This document shows positions 9,997 through 19,776 of a DNA stretch of 64,000 bases, piece after piece; within the stretch, counting starts at the first letter, position 1; each line of letters begins with the position of its first letter. A program made the translations under genes and the position numbers. The stretch lies in assembly GCA_964585945.1 (NCBI GenBank), contig CAZPGB010000014.1, positions 6,912 to 70,911 of the forward strand, read 5' to 3'. Source of the DNA: an uncultured bacterium (GTDB taxonomy: Bacteria > Eisenbacteria > RBG-16-71-46 > CAIMUX01 > WJJG01). The notes under the pieces were generated by a model. The model was not told the DNA's origin and did not search any database. It saw only the letters and a list, made by a program, of their open reading frames with translations.

Positions 9997-11174
9997 GATG
10001 CCCCCTCCAGGTACGCCTCCGGATGGGCGTAGTCGTATTCCTCGGAGGCGAGCACGTTCTGAGCGAACGTGATCAGGGTCGTCCGCAGCGCGTCGGGGAT
10101 GTCCGGATACCACTGCGGACTGGCCAGAACCAGGGCCCGCCAGGCGAGCCAGGGTTGCACCAGGCGCGCGATCTCCAGGTCGGGACGCAGCTCGAGATAT
10201 CGGGCCCAGAAGTGGTCGTGCATCTCATCGAAGGGAGTGGCCAGCGCGCTCGTGCCGGTCTGCTGCAGTCCGAAGAAGATGTAATTCATGGCCATGGAGC
10301 TGACGTCATCGGCGGCTTCCCCCCAACGGCCGCGGCTTCGGTCCAGGACGGTGAGGTTGTTCTGCTTGTCGAAGAGCACGTTGAACGGGTGGAAGTCCCC
10401 ATGGACCTGACAGAGACGGTGGTAGCGCGGCTTGAGCCGCCAGCGCCATCGATTGGCCTGCTCCTCGATGGCGATCAACTGCTCTGGTTCCACGAAGGAG
10501 GCGTCGGTTGGGTAGCTCTCGGTCAATCCCATGATGCCCTCACCGTGTCCTACCAGGTCACGCAGGCGCCTCCGCCAGAGATACGGATCGTAGTGCTGCT
10601 GCAAGTGGATGTGGGCGAGGTAGCCTGCGAGGATCTCGATCCGGTGCAGCTCCTCGGGACCTTTGTGGCCCTCATCGCGGACACGCTTCAGGTCATCCGC
10701 GTAGCGCTCGCCGTTGCGGAATTCGGTCACGAGCACAGCCTCATCACCGTCCGCGATGGACTGCAGGTTTCCCCCACAGGTGTGCAGCAGCAGGTCGATG
10801 GCCGGAACGTGGTTGGGCAAGTCATTGAACGTGCGGTAGTCCAGCCACAATGCGGCCAGGCGGTCGTCGCTGCGCTCCCGCCCGAAGGCGTTGCGCTTGA
10901 CGCGGCGGAAAACGAAGCGCTTGCGTTCGCGGCCGCTGGTGAAGTCGACCAGGACGGGACTTCCATAGCCGAACTGTTTGAGCGCGTCATCGCCGGTGGC
11001 TGCGCCGCCGATCTGTCGAATGTCGTTGATCCTCACTCCCGTGCCGTGTTGTTCCCGTAAGTACGCCCTGACGGCCTCGACACCGATGCCGCGCAGTCCG
11101 ACTGCGTCCTTGGGACCGAGGGTCTCTTCGCTCTGTGGGCATAGGTTGCCCTGCGTTTGGGTCATCTCGTCCAT
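9993..11174 (-). CDS. Aminoglycoside phosphotransferase (APH)/choline-kinase-like family protein kinase-fold enzyme
   Basis: HGDFHPFNVLF catalytic loop (HGDxxxxN) and DRSRGRWGEAADDV (D-x-E/D). Start at the internal ATG 11174 with AGGTGA RBS. The ORF-track N-terminal extension is probably not translated. Confidence 0.75.
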   Translation of the reverse strand: MDEMTQTQGNLCPQSEETLGPKDAVGLRGIGVEAVRAYLREQHGTGVRINDIRQIGGAATGDDALKQFGYGSPVLVDFTSGRERKRFVFRRVKRNAFGRERSDDRLAALWLDYRTFNDLPNHVPAIDLLLHTCGGNLQSIADGDEAVLVTEFRNGERYADDLKRVRDEGHKGPEELHRIEILAGYLAHIHLQQHYDPYLWRRRLRDLVGHGEGIMGLTESYPTDASFVEPEQLIAIEEQANRWRWRLKPRYHRLCQVHGDFHPFNVLFDKQNNLTVLDRSRGRWGEAADDVSSMAMNYIFFGLQQTGTSALATPFDEMHDHFWARYLELRPDLEIARLVQPWLAWRALVLASPQWYPDIPDALRTTLITFAQNVLASEEYDYAHPEAYLEGAS

Positions 11175-11177
11175 CAG

Positions 11178-11243
11178 GTCACCTGCTTCGTGCTCAGATC
11201 TCAGATCCAAGCCCGGATCCGTCACCTGCTTCGTGCTCAGATC
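11178..11243. promoter_or_regulatory. Two copies of a 23-nt direct repeat (GTCACCTGCTTCGTGCTCAGATC) 43 nt apart, immediately upstream of the APH-like kinase start
   Basis: Exact repeats at 11178..11200 and 11221..11243. A second tandem repeat, GTCGGCC(G)GCCGTTCA, follows at about 11247..11275. Confidence 0.5.
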
Positions 11244-11651
11244 CAAGTCGGCCGGCCGTTCAGTCGGCCGTTCAATATGCTCCACGCGGGGGACGTCCCA
11301 CGCCCCAGGACGGTAGACATGCAAGAAGCAGGGGGGAATGGGGAGAGTCCAGACGTTGAGGCCCGGTGGCCATCGAGGCCCGGGTGGGGGGATTCCCCAG
11401 AGCCGCTTGCCCAGAGACCAGAGGGTTGTTTCCGTGCCGCGGTTCGGGATAGTCCCCACGTCGTTGCCGTAGGTTGTCCCAGGCAAGCACAACGGCTGTT
11501 ACCCATTGGGCCGACGAGGCGCCTTTCATAGGCTGACCAGGAGAGACGTTGTAGGAGGAGACTCGCAGCGGAACGGTTCGCGCGAGGCTCCTGAATCCGG
11601 GGTGTTCACCACCCGGGAGAGGCAGCCACAAGAAGGGAAAGGAAGGACGAT

Positions 11652-13178
11652 ATGTCAAGGCAGACCAATCACGATCCAAAGATCGGTCGTCTGCTTGCCG
11701 CCATCGCATTGGGCGCCTTGCTGCTGGGCCTCGCGGCAAGCGGACCGGCATTGGCCGAACCGGACATGAGCGATACGAGCATCGCGGATGCGGTTGAAGA
11801 CGAGCTGGCCTACGACCAATCGGTACCGCTCAACGACATCGACGTTCGCGTCACCAAGGGCGTCGTGACATTGACCGGAAGCGTGAACAACCTGTTGGCC
11901 AAGGAACGAGCGGCACGGCTGGCACAAACTGTCAAGGGCGTGCGATCGGTGATCAACCGTATCGACGTCTCGCCCTACTGGGGCCGCATGGACTGGGAGA
12001 TCGAGCGGGACGTCGAGGACGCGATGGTGTTCGACTTGGCTACGGAGTCTTACGAGGTGGAAGCTGAGGTCATCGATCATGTCGCCTACTTGACCGGGAC
12101 GGTCGACTCGTGGCGGGAGAAGATGCTAGCTGAGAAGGTGGTCAAGGGGGTCAGAGGCGTTACGGACGTAACCAACAATCTCACCGTGAGCTATCCGGAG
12201 GAACGGCCCGATTTCGAGATGAAGGAGGAGATCGACAGCGCCCTGCGTTGGGACACACTGGTCGACGACCGATGGATCATCGTCGCGGTGAACAACGGCA
12301 AGGTCACTTTGGACGGACGGGTGGGCAGCGCTGCGGAGCGCCGACAGGCCCGCTACGACGCCTGGGTCTACGGCGTTCACTCCGTGGATACATCTGACCT
12401 CACGGTGGACCCGAATCTGCGGGACGAAGCTCAGCGCGAGAGCAAGTATGTCATCAAGTCGGAAGACGAGGTGAAGGAGGCCGTCGAGGATGCGTTGATC
12501 TATGACCCCCGCGTGCTCTCCTTCGACATCAACGTGGATGTGGTTGGGAATGTGGTGACGCTGCGGGGCGAGGTGGACAACCTCAAGGCGAAGCGCGCTG
12601 CTGCGCAGGTGGCCCGCAACACGATCGGTGTTGCTGCGGTCAAGAACAGGATCAAGGTGCGGCCAGAGACATATCTGGACGAGGACATTGCCAGAAACAT
12701 CCGCAATGCCATTGCCCGTGATCCGTATCTCGAGCGTTTCGAGATCGATGTGAGCGTCATCGATGGGACCGCGTACCTGAGCGGGACCGTCGATTCCTAC
12801 TTCGAAAAGGGTCGGGCCGAGGACGTCGCGGCGCGAGCGGGTGGCGTGACAGCGGTCAGGAACTCCCTGGATGTGGACTACCCCGGTTATTCGATCGCCT
12901 ACGACCCCTTCGTGTTCGACTACTATCCCTACGACTACGACTGGTACGACTATGTCCCGTATGCGACCTTCTACTCGGACGAGGAGATCGAGCGGGAAAT
13001 CGAGGACGAGCTCTGGTGGAGCCCCTTTGTGGACGCCGATGACGTCGAGGTGAGTGTCGAGGACGGGGTGGCAACGCTCACGGGCACGGTGGATAGCTGG
13101 TCCGAGCGATCGGATGCCACCGAGAACGCCTACGAAGGCGGGGCCGTCTGGGTCGAGAACCATCTGATGGTTGAGTAG
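11652..13178 (+). CDS. BON-domain (OsmY-like) periplasmic protein with multiple BON repeats
   Basis: Signal peptide. Repeated ...V.V.GVVTLTG.V....KE.A... units. RBS GGAAAGGAAGGA. Confidence 0.85.
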   Translation: MSRQTNHDPKIGRLLAAIALGALLLGLAASGPALAEPDMSDTSIADAVEDELAYDQSVPLNDIDVRVTKGVVTLTGSVNNLLAKERAARLAQTVKGVRSVINRIDVSPYWGRMDWEIERDVEDAMVFDLATESYEVEAEVIDHVAYLTGTVDSWREKMLAEKVVKGVRGVTDVTNNLTVSYPEERPDFEMKEEIDSALRWDTLVDDRWIIVAVNNGKVTLDGRVGSAAERRQARYDAWVYGVHSVDTSDLTVDPNLRDEAQRESKYVIKSEDEVKEAVEDALIYDPRVLSFDINVDVVGNVVTLRGEVDNLKAKRAAAQVARNTIGVAAVKNRIKVRPETYLDEDIARNIRNAIARDPYLERFEIDVSVIDGTAYLSGTVDSYFEKGRAEDVAARAGGVTAVRNSLDVDYPGYSIAYDPFVFDYYPYDYDWYDYVPYATFYSDEEIEREIEDELWWSPFVDADDVEVSVEDGVATLTGTVDSWSERSDATENAYEGGAVWVENHLMVE

Positions 13179-13206
13179 GCCCGCGGGGCACGCTAGCGCA
13201 CAGCGC

Positions 13207-13227
13207 TCCGCCCAGCGCCTGGGCGGA
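13207..13227. terminator. Hairpin TCCGCCCAG-CGC-CTGGGCGGA between convergent genes
   Basis: 9-bp perfect stem 30 nt after the BON gene stop. Confidence 0.4.
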
Positions 13228-13322
13228 ATCGAATCGACCGAGGGCTCATGGACCCGATTCCACCGGGATTCCATGGGCCCTCGCAGCACTGCCGCATACG
13301 TTGCGCTGTCGGTCAGGCAGCG

Positions 13323-13769
13323 CTAGCGATCGTATGTGCCGATCAGCACGCTGACCGCCAGGACGTGGCCGGAGAGAGCCTCCTGCAGCTCCGTCCGCGA
13401 CCTGGCCGGGGGCAGCCGCAGCTTGGTGTCGAGCGCATAGAGCGTGAAGTGATAGCGGTGCGTTCCGTGGCGTAGTGGCGGCATAGGCCCGGTGTAGCCA
13501 CGATTGCCGAGGCTGTTGACCCCCACGGTGCCGCCGTCGACGTTGCCCGCGTCGAGCGCGAGAATCTCCCGGGGTACGTTGTAGAGCACCCAGTGCACCC
13601 ACGACCCGGCCAGAGGGGCGTCTGGATCCTCGCAGATGAGCGCGTATTCCTGGGTCCCCTCGGGAGGATCCCGCCATGTCAGGGGCGGGGACTGATTGCT
13701 TCCCTCCTGCGTGAAGTCCTTCGGAATGCGCGTACCCGACAGAAAGGCCGGGCTGGTCAACGCGAACAC
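13323..13769 (-). CDS. YbhB/YbcL family (PEBP-like) protein
   Basis: LICEDPDAP...H.RY.F..YALD motif set. Confidence 0.85.
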   Translation of the reverse strand: MFALTSPAFLSGTRIPKDFTQEGSNQSPPLTWRDPPEGTQEYALICEDPDAPLAGSWVHWVLYNVPREILALDAGNVDGGTVGVNSLGNRGYTGPMPPLRHGTHRYHFTLYALDTKLRLPPARSRTELQEALSGHVLAVSVLIGTYDR

Positions 13770-13781
13770 GGCGATCCTCCC

Positions 13782-15164
13782 CTAGCCGCCCGCGGGTGCG
13801 CGGGCAGCCGGCTGAACGTCGGCAGCAACCTGGTCCCGATATGCGGTGAGCGCCCGGCTGAGTCCCACCGAGTAGGGTGGGTCGGCCGGCCCTATGGCCC
13901 GCACGCGGTCCGGCAACCGGCCGATCTCCCGGCCGGCCCGCCGGCGAGCCGCGTTGTGATCGTCGAAGTCCCCCGGCAGGCGACGCCCATCCTTCATGAC
14001 TGCTTGCAGGAGCGGTCGGCCCGGCTGCTGCTCGCCGTCGCGGCCCACGATGTCCTCGACCGCCACGCTGTTGTCTTCGATGCGGAAGACCTGCTTGCGC
14101 CCCGGCAGGATGTCCTTGCCCGAGGACAGCTTCAGTCGACCCCGACCGGCGTAAGAGGTCAGCTTGTAGGCCATATCCAACGCGGGCGCGTCCCGCGAGA
14201 CACCCATCCCCGTGCCCACACCGAGTCCGTCGATGGGCGCGCTCTGGGCCGCGATGTCCGCGATGCTCTCCTCATCGAGGCCGCCGCTGGCGAAGATCTT
14301 CACCCGGTTCAGACCGGCGTCATCCAGGATCCTGCGCGCGCGGAATGCCAAGTCGATGAGGTCGCCGGAGTCCAGACGGATGGCGCGCACCTGAAAACGA
14401 TCGCCCAGCTCTGCGGCCAGCTCCACCACGCGATGCACGCCGTCGAGCGTGTCGTAGGTGTCGACCAGCAGCACCGTATCGGGATAGAGCTTGGCGAAGG
14501 CCCGGAAGGCATCGAGCTCGCTGTCGTGCGCCTGGATGTAGCTATGAGCCATCGTCCCGCTGATGGGAACACCATAGACCGCTCCCGCCAGAACGTTGCT
14601 GGTAGCCGTCAAGCCGGCGACATGGAAGGCCCGCGCGGCCTTCAAGCCCGCGTCGGTACCGTGCATGCGGCGCAATCCGAAATCGACCACCGCGCGGCCC
14701 GCCGCCGCCGTGACCACGCGGGCCGCCTTCGAGGCCAGCACCGTCTGGAAGTGGACCTGGTTCATCACATAGCTCTCGGCGATCTGGGCGGCGGGGAGCG
14801 GCGCAACGACCTCGAGCAAAGGCTCATGGGCGAAGACCGGTGTGCCTTCGGGAACGGCGTACACATCGCCGTCGAAGCGAAAGTCTTCGAGCCACCGAAC
14901 GAACTCCGGCGAGAACTCCTCGCGGTCGGCCAGGAACTCGAGCGATGCGCGGTCGAAGCGGAGATTCTCGAGGTAGCTCAGCGCATCATGGAGACCGCAG
15001 GCCAGCAGGTAGTTTCGGTGCGCGGGCAGGCGGCGCGCAAAGAGACTGAACACGGCTTCGTCGTCGTAGCCCTCGCGCCAGTAGGCCTGCATCATGGTCA
15101 GCTCGTACAGGTCGGTCAGCAGGCCTGTGTTGGTCGCGGAGATATGTGGCCAGGGCTGGGACAT
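13782..15164 (-). CDS. pncB: Nicotinate phosphoribosyltransferase
   Basis: LLTDLYELTMMQAYW N-terminus. Start taken at the internal Met (MSQPW). Confidence 0.85.
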   Translation of the reverse strand: MSQPWPHISATNTGLLTDLYELTMMQAYWREGYDDEAVFSLFARRLPAHRNYLLACGLHDALSYLENLRFDRASLEFLADREEFSPEFVRWLEDFRFDGDVYAVPEGTPVFAHEPLLEVVAPLPAAQIAESYVMNQVHFQTVLASKAARVVTAAAGRAVVDFGLRRMHGTDAGLKAARAFHVAGLTATSNVLAGAVYGVPISGTMAHSYIQAHDSELDAFRAFAKLYPDTVLLVDTYDTLDGVHRVVELAAELGDRFQVRAIRLDSGDLIDLAFRARRILDDAGLNRVKIFASGGLDEESIADIAAQSAPIDGLGVGTGMGVSRDAPALDMAYKLTSYAGRGRLKLSSGKDILPGRKQVFRIEDNSVAVEDIVGRDGEQQPGRPLLQAVMKDGRRLPGDFDDHNAARRRAGREIGRLPDRVRAIGPADPPYSVGLSRALTAYRDQVAADVQPAARAPAGG

Positions 15165-15363
15165 CTGCGTTCCCGGTTGAGGTTCAAGAACTCTACAGGA
15201 GCGGTGCGCCGGGTTTCGAGGCGTGTGGCTCCTCACAACTGTGCTTCCACGATCGACGATGACCCCCGATCGCGCCAGCCGTGCCGTCTAGGAAACCGGC
15301 CTGGGGAATCCCCCCAGGACGAGGTGGTGCGCGTGATTGACGGACGAGGAATCGGCCCCGGCG

Positions 15364-16629
15364 CTAGAAGTAGACCCGGAACGAGAGGTAGGAGACATCC
15401 GGGTACGCCCCGAACTCCGAACGCCAGATCACGGTGTATGCGTTGCCGGCGACCGGCTCGCGTCCGTCCTCGGGGCCCGGGCCGAAGCCCCAGAAAGCGC
15501 CGGCCGAGATATCCGTGTTGTCCGACAGGCTGCGCCGGATCTCAGGTCCGGCAAGCAGGGAGCCGTCGCTGACGTTGAGCAGCACTTGGCCGGCAAGCTC
15601 CGTAAGGGGGTCGATCCGGTGGGATCCGCCGCAGACCAGATAGTGACGCCCCAGAAGGTAGACGGCGCCGTCACGGTAGGCTACCTGGTCCTGCAGGTCC
15701 ACATAGCCACTAGAAGATGCCGCACCGGCGCCATTGAAGTGGTACTCGAAGAAGCCATAGGTTCCGCCGGTCAGACTGTAGTCGGCCCCGGTGCTCAGCC
15801 GCCAGTAGCTGCCGCCGTTCCCCACGTCCGAAGCAGAGAAGGCCCCTGGCCGCACCCAGGCGATCTCGAGCCACGTTCCCGCGCCACCGAGGGATCGGGC
15901 GGCGTCCAGGCCCACGAGGAGGTGCTCACGGAAGTCCATGGCCAGTAAGGCGAGATCGGTGCGCTGCCAGTACGTTCTCATGCGAGCATAGTAGGCGTTG
16001 TTCTCGGTGCGTCCTTCGTGGCCCGCCAGGGCGCCGAGGTCGAGCTCACCCATGAAGCCGAAAGGGATGCGCACCCGCAGGGCGTCCACGCCGCGGCGAT
16101 GCTCCGTGTCCAGGGCGTTGAAGGTGAAGGGGGCGATGACATCCAGGGCGTGCACCCCGCGGGCGCTGCCCCAGCCGATGGCCTGCCGCCCGACGATGAT
16201 GTCACCTGGAGCGGTGCGGATCTCGAGCAGCAATCGATCGAGATTCTGCCGCACCCCCACGGTCTCATCCTCTTTCGGCGCCAGAAGGTCGGCACCGAGA
16301 TCGTCCCAGCGATACGGTCTGCGTAGGGGCGTGTTTCCGCCCCCGGCCGGGTAGCCTGCCGGCGGTTCCCCGATCCAAGGCACGCAGTCGTACGCGGCAG
16401 TGAACATCAGGCGCCGGTTGAGCTGGAGGTTCCCCTCCAACCGAAAGCGCGTCGAGGACAATCCGCTGCGGTTGGAATCATAGGGCCGGCCCTCGGGGGC
16501 CGCGAAGAATGCCGACACGTGCTTGGCCATCCCGGCGACGGACACATCGGCGCCAAGTGCGTCGCAGGCCGGCGTCAGAAGCGTGCCCAACGCCAGGCTC
16601 AAGAGCTTGCTGTGGCCGCGTGCATGCAT
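15364..16629 (-). CDS. Outer-membrane beta-barrel protein (putative exit channel of the adjacent ABC export module)
   Basis: Signal peptide. Alternating amphipathic strands. C-terminal ...SFRVYF (terminal Phe). Confidence 0.55.
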   Translation of the reverse strand: MHARGHSKLLSLALGTLLTPACDALGADVSVAGMAKHVSAFFAAPEGRPYDSNRSGLSSTRFRLEGNLQLNRRLMFTAAYDCVPWIGEPPAGYPAGGGNTPLRRPYRWDDLGADLLAPKEDETVGVRQNLDRLLLEIRTAPGDIIVGRQAIGWGSARGVHALDVIAPFTFNALDTEHRRGVDALRVRIPFGFMGELDLGALAGHEGRTENNAYYARMRTYWQRTDLALLAMDFREHLLVGLDAARSLGGAGTWLEIAWVRPGAFSASDVGNGGSYWRLSTGADYSLTGGTYGFFEYHFNGAGAASSSGYVDLQDQVAYRDGAVYLLGRHYLVCGGSHRIDPLTELAGQVLLNVSDGSLLAGPEIRRSLSDNTDISAGAFWGFGPGPEDGREPVAGNAYTVIWRSEFGAYPDVSYLSFRVYF

Positions 16630-16632
16630 GGG

Positions 16633-17328
16633 TCAGTCGGCCTCGCGGTCCTCGACGATACGGCCGTCGCGCATGATGAGCAAGCGACGCGCGCAGTCCA
16701 TCACCTGCGGATCGTGGGTCGAGAACAGGAAGGTCATCCCGCTGCGCCGATTGAGATCGTGCATCATGTCCAGCAGCGCCTGCCCGGTCTCCGAGTCGAG
16801 ATTGGCGGTGGGCTCGTCGGCCAGAATGAGGTCGGGTCGGGAGACCATGGCGCGCGCGATCGCCACCCGCTGCTGCTGGCCGCCCGAGAGCTGCAGCGGC
16901 TTGCGCTTTTCCATCTTCTCCAACCCCACGGCGGACAGCATGTCCAGAACACGCTCGTGCCGCTCGTCCTTCGGCACCCGCTGGAGCATCATGATGTACT
17001 CGACGTTTTCCTCGACGGTCAGCACCGGAATGAGGTTGTAGGCTTGGAAGATGAAGCCGATGTGGTCCCGTCTGAAGTCCGAGAGCGCGCGACCGCTCAT
17101 CTCGTGGATGGAGCGGCCGGCCAGGCGCACCGTGCCTCGAGAGGGCTGGTCGAGGCCGGAGATGATGTTGAGCAGCGTGGTCTTGCCGGAGCCGGAAGGA
17201 CCGACCACGGCGGTGAATTCCCCCCGCTGGATGCGTAGATCGGCGCCTCTCACCGCGTGCACGGGTACGCCGTCATCCTGATAGGTCTTGTGCACGCCGT
17301 CGGCAAGAACCAGGTCGTCGGTGCTCAT
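16633..17328 (-). CDS. ABC transporter ATP-binding protein (LolD/MacB-type)
   Basis: GPSGSGKTT Walker A, LSGGQQQRVAIARA signature, ILADEPT Walker B. Confidence 0.9.
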   Translation of the reverse strand: MSTDDLVLADGVHKTYQDDGVPVHAVRGADLRIQRGEFTAVVGPSGSGKTTLLNIISGLDQPSRGTVRLAGRSIHEMSGRALSDFRRDHIGFIFQAYNLIPVLTVEENVEYIMMLQRVPKDERHERVLDMLSAVGLEKMEKRKPLQLSGGQQQRVAIARAMVSRPDLILADEPTANLDSETGQALLDMMHDLNRRSGMTFLFSTHDPQVMDCARRLLIMRDGRIVEDREAD

Positions 17329-17338
17329 GGAGCCTCCA

Positions 17339-18565
17339 TCACAAACTGCGCCGAATGGCGTCGGCGGGTTGGATTCGGGCGGCGTGCGCGGCGGGGTAGC
17401 AGCCCACCAGCACCGTCAGGCCGAGAACCCAAAGCGGATAGGTCACGAAGGAACCAGCCTGTAGCTGGGGATGGATGCGCGACTGAAAGGTCACGCCGGC
17501 GAATTCGATGCCTCGGTAGTCAATCCCTACGGATCCGGTCAAGAGCACCAGCGCCGAGCCGAAGAGCGCCCCGATCACGATGCTGACCAGGGCCAGCGAG
17601 GCGGCTTCGAGAGCCAGGAGTTGGAAGAGGCCGGTAGGACGCGTCCCCACCGCCCGCAGGACCCCGAACTCGAACTGACGCTCGTGAAGAGCCATGAAAA
17701 GGGTATTGACGATGGAGAGGGCCACGACGCCGAAGAGGATGATGCCGGTGACATACGTGCTGAAGTCGCTGACGTCGAGGGCGGCCTTCAATTGCGGCAA
17801 CAGCTCAGGCCAGCCGAGGGCCACGTTGCCGTGGCGCGAGTATTCGTCCCAGAAGGGCGCCTCCGAACGGCGGGCGAAGTTACCGGATGCGAAGCGTAAC
17901 GCGATCTGGTGGATGCCCTCGATCTGCAGCATCTCCTTGGCCTGATGAACGGGGATGAACGCCATCGCCCGGTTCAGGGCTCGTTCATGAAAGAAGAAGA
18001 TGCCCGCCACGTGGAAGAGGTCCTGCGAGAGCTCGCCCGACTCGGCCGCCGACACGGTGAGCACGACGCGGTCACCCACCTTCACCTCCAGAAGCTCAGC
18101 GAGCTTCCTCCCGATCAGGACCGCACGACGGTCGTCTTGCTTCAGGTACTCACCCTTCGACATCGCTTCGTCGACCATGGACAAAGGCTTTTCCCGATCC
18201 GGGTCGATGCCCACGATCTCGACCGCGCGCACCTGGGCCGCAGACGTGATGGTGCCCCGCGTGAGCACCCTCGGCGCCGCGTGGGCCACGACCGCTTCTT
18301 CCCGCACGCGCGCGAACACGCGAGCGCCGGCGTGCAGAGTGTCGGCGGGCAGGCGGCTGGTCCGGAAATCGACGTTCTGGATCTGGGCCTCGCCCAAAAA
18401 CGTGGCGGTCGCCGAGCGCACCATGTTCTCCTTCATGCCGACCAAAAGAGCATCGACGAAGATCATGGCCGCCAGGCCCAGACCGATCGCCGCGGCCGCG
18501 ATCAGGGAACGGCGCGCGTTGCGGAACAAGTTCCTCCAGGCCAGCTTGATGAACACGGCGATCAT
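17339..18565 (-). CDS. ABC transporter permease, FtsX-like (LolC/E family)
   Basis: N-terminal TM, large periplasmic domain, C-terminal FtsX 3-TM. The start at the internal ATG overlaps the upstream permease stop (ATGA). Confidence 0.8.
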   Translation of the reverse strand: MIAVFIKLAWRNLFRNARRSLIAAAAIGLGLAAMIFVDALLVGMKENMVRSATATFLGEAQIQNVDFRTSRLPADTLHAGARVFARVREEAVVAHAAPRVLTRGTITSAAQVRAVEIVGIDPDREKPLSMVDEAMSKGEYLKQDDRRAVLIGRKLAELLEVKVGDRVVLTVSAAESGELSQDLFHVAGIFFFHERALNRAMAFIPVHQAKEMLQIEGIHQIALRFASGNFARRSEAPFWDEYSRHGNVALGWPELLPQLKAALDVSDFSTYVTGIILFGVVALSIVNTLFMALHERQFEFGVLRAVGTRPTGLFQLLALEAASLALVSIVIGALFGSALVLLTGSVGIDYRGIEFAGVTFQSRIHPQLQAGSFVTYPLWVLGLTVLVGCYPAAHAARIQPADAIRRSL

Positions 18566-19776
18566 GTCATTCTCATCGCGCGCGCGGGTCGGATGCGGGC
18601 GGCCCGCAGCGCCGGGTAGAGGCTGACAAGGGTGGCCGACAGCACGACGGTCAGTCCGGATAGGTAGAAGCTGCGTGCATTGACCTCTGTGTACATGGTG
18701 TCGAACGTCACACCGCCGTAGGAGAAGGGCTCGGGGAGGGCGATGCCGTGCCGAGCGAGGAGACCGTTGGCGGCCAGGGCCAGCAAGCTGCCCAGCACCA
18801 GGCTGAAGCCCGCCAGGATCTCCACCTCGGCGATGACCTGCCAGAAGATCTGACCCGGGTGCGTGCCGATCGCTTTCAGGGCCCCATACTCCCGGGTGCG
18901 CTCCAGCACCGACATCAGGACCGTGTTGAGCACGCCGATGGCCACGATCAGCATGATCACCAGAATCATGATCCACATGCCCTGCTTGTCGGCTTGCATG
19001 GCCTGGTAGAACGAACGGGCCAGTTCGCGCCAGGGATGGACCTCCAGATCGGCGCCCTCCAAGCGTTGCCGGATTTCGGCCACGATGTCATCCACGTTCT
19101 CCAGGGAAGGCGTGGCCAGCGCGATCTCGTGGACCCGCCCGGGAAGGACCATGAGCTCCTGGGCCGTCGCCAAGGGCAGAAACACGCTCATGCGATCCTG
19201 ATAGCTCTGGTCGCCGTCGATCACCCCGACGATCGGATAGAGATCATTGGCCAGCGACCCGTCCGCCGCTTGCGACAAGAAGACCAGCGTGTCGCCGATC
19301 GAGGCTCGCAGCCGGTCGCGCAGATCGTCTCCCAGCAAGACCGCTCGCTCTCCGGCGGCACGCAGCGGACGTCCCTGCGAAATCTTGCGCTCGATGTGGG
19401 TGAGGGCCTGCTCTTGCTGCGGATCGACGCCGATCAGACGCACCGCCACGCTCTGGCTGCCCACCGAGGACAGTCCCGCGGCATAGAGCCGAGGGGTCCA
19501 GGTGACCTCGCTGGTCAGCGCTTCCAGCGTGTCGCCGAGGGCGGCGACATCTGCGATGGTCTTATAGAGCGTGGGATTGTCCTGGTAGCCTTGCGCGTGG
19601 ATCTGCGCGTGGCCCAGCCAGTTGCGCGTGAAGGTGTCGATCATCCGATTGTAGGTGCCGTCCGACCAACCGATCGAGACCGCCGACAACGCGAAGCCCC
19701 CGAACATCGTCAGCGCCGTCAGGACGCTGCGGCGCTTGCGACGAAGGACGTTGCGGAAGGCGATCTTCAACATCAT
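18562..19776 (-). CDS. ABC transporter permease, FtsX-like (LolC/E family)
   Basis: Same architecture as its neighbour. The start overlaps the LolA-like gene stop. Confidence 0.8.
   Translation of the reverse strand: MMLKIAFRNVLRRKRRSVLTALTMFGGFALSAVSIGWSDGTYNRMIDTFTRNWLGHAQIHAQGYQDNPTLYKTIADVAALGDTLEALTSEVTWTPRLYAAGLSSVGSQSVAVRLIGVDPQQEQALTHIERKISQGRPLRAAGERAVLLGDDLRDRLRASIGDTLVFLSQAADGSLANDLYPIVGVIDGDQSYQDRMSVFLPLATAQELMVLPGRVHEIALATPSLENVDDIVAEIRQRLEGADLEVHPWRELARSFYQAMQADKQGMWIMILVIMLIVAIGVLNTVLMSVLERTREYGALKAIGTHPGQIFWQVIAEVEILAGFSLVLGSLLALAANGLLARHGIALPEPFSYGGVTFDTMYTEVNARSFYLSGLTVVLSATLVSLYPALRAARIRPARAMRMT

Noticed and set aside
9996-11492. N-terminal 106-aa extension of the APH-like kinase ORF
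   Set aside because: The extension is Pro/Gly/Trp-rich and overlaps the repeat-containing promoter region. A good RBS precedes the internal ATG at 11174.
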